Origin: Vicugna vicugna
Taxonomy: Eukaryota
Assembly: GCA_013265495.1 (NCBI GenBank)
Contig: MU058645.1
Coordinates: 310,001 to 374,000, forward strand
Length of the DNA stretch: 64,000 nucleotides
Direction: 5' to 3'
Shown: positions 54,275 to 64,000 of the stretch, in pieces
Numbering within the stretch: the stretch's first letter is position 1
How the letters are laid out: each line of letters begins with the position of its first letter
Notes under the pieces: generated by a model
The model's database searches: none
What the model was told of the DNA's origin: nothing
Seen by the model: only the letters and a program-made list of their open reading frames with translations
Made by a program: the position numbers and the translations under genes

Positions 54275-54900
54275 TGAGACAGGATGAAGGGGGCAGGGCA
54301 CAGCCATTCAAGGAAGGCCACAGCAATTAACATCAAAATGGTGGAAGATTCAACCCCCAGCAGGCCTTGAGGCTCGGGATGGTGGGAGATTTAACTTCTA
54401 GCAGAGCTTGAGCTTCATTGTAGGCCCCTTGTAGTATCAGCAGGGCGAATAACATGCCCACAGGCACCAGGCAGCCCCAAGGCTAGGCACCGCAGGTCAG
54501 AGTGGGAAATGGCCAACTTCCTGGGAATCCGGGCCCGTTCCCCAGGCCACTTAGACTGGCTCTTCCACTTATTAGCATATGAAGCCACCAAGCCCATAAA
54601 GACTGGTCTCAAGGCACCTCACTGCCGCTTCTCCTCTCTCTGTGTTCTGAAACGACCCGCATTCTCTCTGTGGAGTGTGTACCTACTTTTAATCTGAGCA
54701 CCCAACCCCCACACCTCGAGGCCTTTCTCTTGCCTTTCAATGCATCTCTGAATAAATCTACCTTCACTCAATTGTGGCTCGCTCTTGAATTCTTTCCTGC
54801 ATGAAGGCAAGGACCCACGCCTGGCAGGACAGTCCCAGAGGCTCAACCGAAGCCTGGGACACGGCCCTCCTCACAACCCACATCCGTTTCTCCTGCATCA
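54275..54900 (+). repeat. 3' LTR (626 bp)
   Basis: Begins TGAGACAGGA directly after the purine tract. AATAAA at 54751-54756. Ends TCCTGCATCA and is followed by TSD CAGT. Confidence 0.95.
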
Positions 54901-56469
54901 CAGTTTCTGATCTGAAAAATGGGGGCTATTAAAGACTAAATGATATTCTTTATTTGAAGCCCACTGCCCAGCGCCTGGCACATGGCAAATGCTTCCATGC
55001 TGCTTACTTTAATGAGTACTAGACTATCAATTTAGGAAAATTGTGGCTTTTATTTCTCTGTATATTGTGGTGACTATTAATTATGGTTTGGAAAATTGCT
55101 CAAATTTACATTACCCCTAATTATGTTAACAACTGAACCTGGAAAATTAAGCCAATAACTGAGTGAACCATTTTGCTTGACCTGTCATGTGAATTAGTAA
55201 ATTGTGTGAGCAAGCGTAAGAGAGTCAAGGCACCTACAGTCACTTTGTTCATCTGTACGAACGCGTGGACGTGTGTAAACAGCTAGTGAGAGCACGGATA
55301 TCCTCAGAGCTCAGTACACTCTGTTCTTGGCGTGGTTTTTTTTTTCCTTTTCAGGGACTAACAGCTTTAGAAGCTCAAATATCACATTGTAGGGTGAAGG
55401 CATAGGGAGCTTTGTGAGTTCAGAGTTGTGTTTCCAGGAGAAGGGGATATGGGAGAAGAGATGAAGAGTGTTTCACTTCGTTATATGTGCAGATAATGTG
55501 CTGTTTTCGTTTCTGTTTTTAAAGATCCGGTTAAAATGGAGATGTTCTCCAAATACACGATTTCACTATGGCTCCCAGCACGGAAAGCAAGTTTCTATGC
55601 TGAGACGACAACCCAGAAGACGTCTGTATCAAGAGCTATTGTGACCTCTTTCAGAGTGGAAAAGGTCTACTGCCCTAGAAACTTTTCATCGATAGAAAAA
55701 GTGATTCTGCGGCTTTTTGCCAAAGAGTGAAAGAACAGTTTGGGCCAGCCCGAGGCTGTGAGGCCACCAGGACAAGAAGCATTTTCATATCAATGATGTG
55801 CAAGTGACTTTCCCAGAAGAAAGGCATAGTCTTAGAATGTGAGTTAGAACATCTTTCTTCTTCGGTGCTGAGGCTGGAAGATCATTGGAGGTGGGAGTTC
55901 TGCTTGGACAGTTTTTGTCCAGATTCCAAATCAGGTCTGCAAGGGGTTTAAACAGGAGTGTCGCAAACGCTTCTCCTAATGCCTTCACTTTTGGCTCCCA
56001 GCCCTTAAACCACAATCACAAACTAGGGCCATTTTCCTATTTTTTTTGACATCTCAGTAACCTCTCACATCAACCCCTTAAAATGAAGACCAGATAAACA
56101 ATTTCTTTCTGGGCAGGTCACTAGTTGCTTGGAAAATAATGAGCAAAGTGACCACTGATTCATCATCAGAGAACTTTTGAAAGGCTTGACTAGCACTTTT
56201 TTATATGAATTTCTAAAATGAGGAAAAACAATACACTATTGTTTCAAATTATTGATGAATCTGCTTAGTGTAGACAAACTCAAAGACAAACCCAGACACA
56301 ATCATGTTTCACATGTTAGATGCTCCACAAGCAGATTCAATATTTGATTGTTTTTGTACCTCGAGGACAATCAGTGGTGTTTCACATACAGCTGTTCATA
56401 TAAAAAGCAAAACTGCCTTTTGCTTTGGACATGTTTTCTTATAAGGATGCAGAACTTAGGTCTTGAGGA

Positions 56470-56640
56470 CATGCCATTGGGCAAACCATGGCCGTGAGCT
56501 GTCTGCCTGTGCCGTCCTGCTTCTGTCGTGGGAACCCTGGTTTGCGTGTCACCCAGGGCTGCTTTCACACTGCAATGGCAAAGCTGAATGGTTGCCACAG
56601 AGACTAAGTGGCCCTTTAAGAAAAAATTTGCCAACCCCTG
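56470..56640 (+). mobile_element. MER58-like fragment
   Basis: ggcaaaccatggcc...ggccctttaagaaaaaatttgccaacccctg. Confidence 0.7.
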
Positions 56641-57979
56641 CATAGCAGAGATGGGTTTTTTGTTAATGTCATATCTTTATAATATTACCAGAATCATCAT
56701 ATTAACATTTGAACACTCATTGAGTCCAAAACTTTGTCCTTGGAACCATAAGTCTGATGAGTATCGGTTGAGAAAAATGTCACAAAAATATCCCCTTAAC
56801 TGCTTTTCCGTCAACAGTGCCTCGGCACTTCCTATCACACTAGTGAATGGGTGGCCACGGCAAAAGCATCTCTCTACTTTTTAATTGCACTCAATTAATT
56901 GCAATGATGTCTAATCTAGTCCTCAAAAAGCTCAAGATGCTGTCGAGTGAGGGAAAAATACAGTTTTCCTGAATTTTTTTCTTGGCAACTTCTGTGAATA
57001 AGTCTGTTATACATTTAATTGGTTTAATTACGCTGAACAAAATCTATAAGGAATATAGTAAATGCAATTAAAATTTAATCAGTTTATGTAGACCAGATAG
57101 AATCCAGGTTTCTTCAAGCCAAATAAGCTCAAAATAATACCGTTGACCCTCTCAGGACATGAAAGGGTTTCCATATAATGTGGGCAATTATATTCTCAGT
57201 TAATGTGCATAAATGAGAAAATAGGAAATAGCGAGCTGATTAGATCATTCAATTCAACCAGCCTGTGTAGCTCAGGGAAATCATTAAGAATGGAACTGGC
57301 TGTTGAATAATGACATATATTTAACACTCTTAGGGGACTTACATTTTCCACCTTATTGCATACTTTGGTGAAAGTCATTAACTTATCTGGGGTAAGCAAT
57401 TTTAAATGTGTGACTTCCTAAAGGATTAAATTAAGATTTCACCTGTATACTTACACACTGCTTATTAGAAGACTCAAATTTTATTTTTGATTTTTCTAGC
57501 AAGTTAAATTTGGTCATTTGTTGAATTTTATACTATATAAATCAATGAAGCATTTACCCAAAGTAAATGTATATAACTTATATTTTGTATATATATATAT
57601 GTATATTTATATTTTATATATATATATTTTGAAAGCATGATCATGAATAAATCTCTTAGCTTTTTTGAAGCATTGATTACCTATTAGATAATTATTTTTA
57701 AAATAGAAGTCACTTTAAAGCAGGCATCAGCATAGTTGGGATATAATTATGTTTTGACCTGGATCAAATTACTGGTGATAATTATAGTGATAATTATTTT
57801 CTTATTATTTCTCTTTATTGAGTTTTTAAAAGAATTTTTAAAAGTAATACATAAGTTGAAAAAATGAAAAACAGAAATACATGAATAGTTTGACTCCTTT
57901 TTACCCTTAATGCTACCACCATGAGGCAATTACCAATATGGTCTGACTTATTTCTTGCACAGTTTTCTAAGTTAGTGCT

Positions 57980-58870
57980 TCATAAAGAGACCCAGAGCCC
58001 TGGGGTTCCTGGAAGTCTTCTCGATGGTACACAAAGTCAAAGTGCTTTTATAACAATATTGAGATGTCAGTTGCCTTTTTGCTGTGTTGACATTTGCAGT
58101 AATGATGCAAAAGCAATGATGGGTAAAATGGATGGGGGCTTAGCATGAATCGAGGCAATGGGCACCAAAGCGAGTCCACAGTGGCTGTAATTTTCATGGC
58201 AGCAAAAATGGGCAAAGAAGCAAATTTCACCTACGAATATCCTCATTAGATCAGTAAAAAGTATTAATTTTATTTAATTTCAACCCTTATTTACATGCTT
58301 TAAAAAATATTCTGTTTGAGAAAATGGGACTTATGCATAAAGCACACCTGGTACCTGCCAAAGGATGGTTGTCCCGAGTGAAAGCACGTGTCGTCATTTC
58401 ATTTGCAGAATGAACTACTTGGTTTCTTTGCATTATCAGTTTTACTTGAAAGACTGATCGACAACCTATGATTATTCAGACATGAGTGTTTGGCAGTTAT
58501 TTTGTAAAAAAATGACAAAAGTGAGCCTGTTATATACAGGAAAACAACTGACAGCATTTATAGTTAATGGAAAAATTCAGTCTTTCATCTAAAACTCCAA
58601 ATTTTGGGAAAATTATATCTACCATTTGTGAACTCGACAGCTTTCTAATATTCAAAGATCTTTCTGATGAGTCTGGTGGTGATATTAATGCATCTGAGTT
58701 CTTTGATCTAGATAATAAAATCTGACAACGTTTACAAGAGCTGCATTACTCAATAAACCAGTCTTTCAAATGACCATTGTATGATATTGCAAAGTTGTAC
58801 ATGGGTAAACCATCCTTTGAAAATGTAAGTACCACCAATGGATTTTAACGTAATGGAGTATTAAAAAATC
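57980..58870. mobile_element. Charlie1-like hAT DNA transposon remnant
   Basis: gacatttgcagtaatgatgcaaaagcaatgatgggtaaaa...ttattcagacatgagt...aaaacaactgacagcattt motifs. Confidence 0.7.
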
Positions 58871-59609
58871 ACTAAGGGAAGGTGACTTAGCAAGAGGCCA
58901 AAGAACATATATCATGAAAAAAATTTAAAAGGAAACAGAACAAGAAGTAAATAGGTTTCTTCAGTCTTAAATAAATTATAAGAAAATAGTCACATTCATC
59001 ATAAAAAGACATCAAGAGAGTAAGATGTTATGAAATGAAAAGCAAACCAGCAGAAGGGAGGAAATAATGGAAAAGAGAGAAATAAAGTCATTATAGAGAC
59101 GAAAACTGCTGTAAAAGTGAGAAAGAAGACATCAGAAACATGCCAGGAATGTAAGTCAGAAAAGGTAAGTGCTATTGAATGGAAATGAACATAAATAGAA
59201 AATGATTTTCAGTAAGGTGATAGGATGCTAAGAAAAGAAGTTCACAAACGGTATATACACGTAGCACAAGGCATAATAGCAAGAAAACTTTCTGGTGTGA
59301 AAAGGGACAAATCTGTAGATAGAAATGGGTCCTAGATGAGAGAATGGATGCAGAAAAAGGACCAGCCACACAGTTGAGGGAAGTTCTGGACTCCATTAAT
59401 AAAGAGTCATGTTAATAACCATACCAAAAAAAATTTCATAAAAAAGCGATTTGAAAAATTTATACCAGTCAAGTTATCCTTTAAATAAAATGTAATATTT
59501 AAGTAATCAGGGAATATAATACCTATGAATAGTTTAGAGAAAAAAAAATCTCTAATCTGATAATTAGCCAAAGAGAAAATGAAATACAAATATCAAAAAA
59601 ACAAAAACA

Positions 59610-59880
59610 AAAAGCCTCTCTCCTTGGCTTGCAGATGGCCGTCTTCTTGCCGTGTCTCCTCTGAGCACCTGAACCTCCAGTGTCTCTCTTGTGCCCTAGT
59701 GCCCTCTTCTTAGAAGGCTACCAGTCAGACTGGATTAGGACCTCCCTTGACAGACTCATTCTAACTTAATTAACTCATAAAGACCCTATCTTCAGGTACA
59801 GTCATATTCTGAGACCCTGAGGGTTAGGGTTTCAACGTATAAATTTGGGGGAGGCGGGAGATAATTCAGTTCATAATGGG
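59610..59880 (-). mobile_element. MLT1A-like MaLR fragment
   Basis: ctccttggcttgcagatggccgtcttct...agaccctatct...acagtcatattctgag. Confidence 0.75.
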
Positions 59881-62800
59881 TAAAAAGCATTCACTCTTTT
59901 ACTATTCAATAGGATGGTATATGTTGTTTTTTTCAGGTTGAGTAAGCACTCTTCTATTCTTAATTTAATGAGCATTTTAATCAGGAATAGATGTTTGATT
60001 TTGTAAGATGCTTTTTCGGCATCCACCGTAGTGAACTTCCTTCTTTAGTTTGTCAATGTGATGAGACAGGTAGGAGTCTAATACGTTCCACAAGACTTCC
60101 CGCACCCTCCTCTGCAATGCCGATGGCCTGCATGGTCCCGAGGGCTGTAAACACCACGGATTTCACTCCTGTGACTATGTTACTTTACATGGCACACTTG
60201 ACTTAAGAAAGGGAGACTAACCCATGAGCTCTTAAATGTAGAAGAGGAAATCAGAGACTCGGATTTGACGTAGTGTTTCTGCCTTGAAGGTGGAGGGGGG
60301 CGCATTAAAGGAATTTAAGCCATCTCCGGAAGTTGAAGCCAGACTGAAATGGCGACCTCAGACCTATAGCCACAAGGAGCTAAATTCTGACAACAAGAGT
60401 GACCGTGGAAGCACATTCTTCCCCCCAGAACCTCCAGATGGGAACTCAGACAACTCTCAGCACCGTGCTTGTGATGTCCTGAGCGTAGGGATCTGCCACA
60501 CCGTGTGGGACATCGACTCCGAGAACACACATTCATAAAGGGGTGCTCTTTTAAATGGCTGAGTTCATTAGATGTACTGGGAAGCATTAGGCAACAAATA
60601 CATACGTGAGATAAATGGGTTGATTTGGGAACATTAAATCAGCCTTGGATTCTGGGAGAGATCCTACTTGGTCAGACTATGTTACTTTTCCTAACTAAGT
60701 ATGGATTAATTTGCTAAGTTTTTTAAAAAAAAGTTTGTATCTATGTTCAAGGGACACATTTGTCTCTACCATTTTTCTTTTAAAATTTTTACCTTGTTTT
60801 TTATGTTAGAGTCATATTGATAGCATACAATGAGTTGAAAATATTTCTTCCTAGTCAATTTTCTGGAAGAATTTATGCAGAATTAGTATTCTTTCTTCCT
60901 CAAACATTTGAGAGAATCTACCAGTGAGACCATCTGGGCTTTCCAGAGAGAAGGATTTTTACTGCATATTCATTTTCTTTACTAGATATACAGCTGTTTA
61001 AGTAAATGATGTTTTCTTAAATGAGATTGGCTAATGTATGGGCTCCAAGGAATCTGTGCATTTTATCTAAATTTTCAAATTTATGGGCATAAACACATTC
61101 ACAATGTTTTCTTATTATTCTTTTGATAGTTTTAGAATCTGTTGCTATTACCTCTCTCATCCTTGATATTAACAACCTGTGTTTCTCTCTTTTTTTGCCC
61201 CAGTCACTCTAGCTAGAAGTTTATCAATTTTATTGATTTTTCTCAAAGAGCCAGCTTTAGGTTTCATTGATTTTTCTCTATTGTTTCTCCGGTTTGTGTT
61301 TCTTATATTATTGTTCTTGTCTTTATTATATTCTTTCCTCTTGTTACCTGTATTTAATCTCTTGTTTGTCATTTGTGATGGTGGAAGGTGAGGTTATTGA
61401 TTTGACACTTTTCTTTTTTTCTAGTAAAGGTATTTGGTGCTATGTATGTTAGCATAAACCTTGCTTTAATGGAATGCCACAAATTTTCATATACTGGTTT
61501 TTATTCTCATTCAATTCAAAATACTTTTAATTTACCTTTCAAAAATGTCTTCTCTGTCGTGGATCATTTAGAAATGTGCTTTTCAGTTTCTCAATGTTTG
61601 GTGATTTTTTTTCAAAGACCTTTCTGTTATTTATTTCTAACTTAATATTATGGTTAGAGGAAATAACTGTATCTTTTAAAATTTATTGAGATGTGTTTTA
61701 TGGCTCAGAATATCATCTATTTTGACAAACAGGCACTTAAAATGGTATTCTACTGTTTTGGGTGGAATTCAAGAAATGTCAATTAAATTGATAGCATTAT
61801 TTAGTTTTTCTGTTTTTTTCTGATTTTCTGTTCTCTTTATTCTATCAATTATTGAGAAGTGTAGTAAAGCTTCTGAATATAATTGTTAATTTGAACATTT
61901 TCCTTGCAGTTTTATCCATTTTTCTTCATGTATTTTGAAGCTCTATTATTAGATGCAAACGTGTTCAGGATTGTTATACTCTTTTAATGAACTGACTTTT
62001 TTCATTATGAAATGACTTTTTAAAATCATTGAAAGCATTCTGTTGTTAAATTCACTTTTTCTGAGGCTAATATCACCTCTTAAACCTTCTTTTGAGTAAT
62101 GACAATTTTTAGCATGATATATATTTTTCCATATTTTACTCTTTTATTGAAGTGTAGTTGATTTACAATATTATACTAGTTTCAGGTGTACATCACAGTG
62201 ATTTGCTATTTTTAAAGATTATACTCCATACAAAATTAGTATCTAATATTAACTGTATTCCCTGTGCTGTACATTGTATCTTGTCATTTATTTATTTTAA
62301 AACTGGTACTTTGTACTGTAAATCCTCTTCATCTGTTTTGCTCTTCCTCCCACCCTTCTCTCCTCTAGTAACCACTAGTTTGTTCTCTGTGTCTGTGAGA
62401 CTCTGTTTTGTATATTCATTCATTTTGTTAATTTAGATTCCACATAGAAGTAAAAACATACAATATTTTTCTTTCTCTATCTGACATATTTCACTAAGAA
62501 TAATACCATCCAGGTCCATCCATATTGTCACAAATAGCAAGATTTCATTTTTTATGGCTGAATAATATTTCATTACATATATATTGGAGTGCACAAATCT
62601 TTTCAAATTAGTGTTTTCTGTTTCTTCAGATAAATATTAAGGAGTGAATTGCTGGATCATATGGTAGTTTATTTTTAATTTTTCAGAGGAAACTCCATAC
62701 TGTTTCCCATAGTAGCTGTGCCATTTCACATTCCTACCACCAGTGCACTGTCTTCCACATTCTCTCCAGCAGTTCTTATTGTTCATCTTTAGATGGTGGC

Positions 62801-64000
62801 CATTCTGACAGGTGTGAGATGATACTTTATTGTGGTTGTTATTTCCATTTCCCTGATGGTTAGTAATGTTGAGCATCTTTTTGGGTGCCTGTTGACCATT
62901 TGTCTTCCTTTGGAAAAAATGCCTCTCCAAGTCCTCTGTCCATTTTTTAAATCAATTATTTGTTTTCTTTTGTTTGTTATATGGAATGGTAAAAATTCTT
63001 TATATATATTGGATATTAACCCTTTGTTTGACATACAGTTTGAAAATATCTTCTCTCATTCAGTAGGTTGCCTTTTTATTTGTTGATAATTTCCTTTTCT
63101 GTTAATTTAATGATTGCTTCAAAGTTTAATATACAGTATTAGCTCATATTCTACCTTGAGTGTTATATACTATACCTCACATACCAAAAGGATCTTACAA
63201 AAGCATACTTTCCTTTGTTCCTTCCCAGCCATTATACTAGTTTTCTCATGCATTTTACTTACATGTTTGTTGTACACCTGTCAATATACTTTTATTATTT
63301 TAATTTAACCTGTTGGTTGTATTTCTAAATGATTTAAATTATCAGATCAAATTTATGTAGCTATCCATGTAGTTTCCAATTTGAGTACTGCTTATTACTT
63401 TGCAAAGATCTATATTTCTGTCTGGTGTCATTTTAATTCCAACTGAAGTATTGTCTTTAACATTTCTTAGAGTGTGGTTTTCTGGTGATGAATTATTTCA
63501 CCTTTCGTATGTTTGGAAAGATTATTCGCTTTGATTTTTTTGAAAGATATTTTCATGGGCTTTGGAATTTTACAAGTTTGTCTTTCAATTCTTTAAAGAC
63601 ACTGCTCCCAGTGTTGTCTCACTCGCATTGTTTCTGGCAAGAAATCAGCTGTCATCCTTATCTTTGCTCCACTGCGTACCTCTGTATGTGACGTGTCATT
63701 TTCCTCTGACTGCCTTTATGATGCTATTGTTTTTAAGCAATAGTTTTTAGTGTTTTGATTATGTGCCTTAGTTTAATGTTCATATGTTTTGAACTTGGGT
63801 TTTATTTAGCTTCTTGGATCTAAAGGTTTAACTTTTTATCACATTTTGAAATCTTTCCACTATTGAATTGTCAGTGTTTTTTGGTCTCTGTCTTCTCCTT
63901 TGGAAAGTCAGATTACACCATACATTCTGTTCAAAGCTGTCCCATAGTTCATTGATGCTCTATATGTTTTTTTTTAAATTACTTTTTCTGTCTGTATTTC
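59880..64000 (-). mobile_element. Antisense L1 fragments, with a younger L1 3' end at ~62140-63090
   Basis: T-rich. ORFs 61169..61372 and 62637..63034 give L1 ORF2-like peptides (KINKIDKLLAR, KRCSTLLTIREM...YHLTPVRMATI). Confidence 0.8.
60060..60600 (+). mobile_element. MLT1-type MaLR LTR inserted in L1
   Basis: cactcctgtgactatgttact...cacaaggagctaaattctgacaac...cccagaacctccagatg. Confidence 0.6.

Larger units (their letters stand above)
47544..54900 (+). mobile_element. Class I (gammaretrovirus-like, ERV1) endogenous provirus, defective and lacking env
   Basis: Direct-repeat LTRs start TGA and end TCA. CAGT lies immediately on both sides (47540-47543, 54901-54904). PBS follows the 5' LTR and a purine tract precedes the 3' LTR. 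gag, pro, RT, RNase H and IN motifs occur in order. Confidence 0.97.

Overview
Mammalian, repeat-rich, mostly non-coding DNA. It is probably a camelid or other cetartiodactyl, judged from the L1 3' ends and the lack of obvious Alu, B1 or Bov-tA SINEs (inference). The main feature is a ~7.36 kb class I (gamma-like; HERV-W/HERV9/HERV-H-type gag-pro-pol) endogenous retrovirus at 47544-54900 (+). It has two ~630 bp LTRs, an intact 4-bp CAGT target-site duplication, a tRNA-Lys1,2-type PBS, two NC zinc knuckles, a large capsid deletion, a decayed pro-pol and no recognisable env. Its LTR pair is mosaic: U3 is near-identical but R-U5 is strongly diverged. The rest of the window is old L1/L2/MIR/MaLR/ERVL/hAT debris. 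It also holds a CpG-rich promoter-like segment (~7.3-8.4 kb), a candidate minus-strand start exon (Kozak-ATG-MYNK-GT at 25.17 kb) beside a 224-bp tandem duplication and a perfect DR1, and two inverted repeats (10.3-10.6 kb and 13.0 kb). No intact host protein-coding gene could be identified. Repeat family names are from visual recall of consensus motifs, and old-repeat boundaries are approximate.
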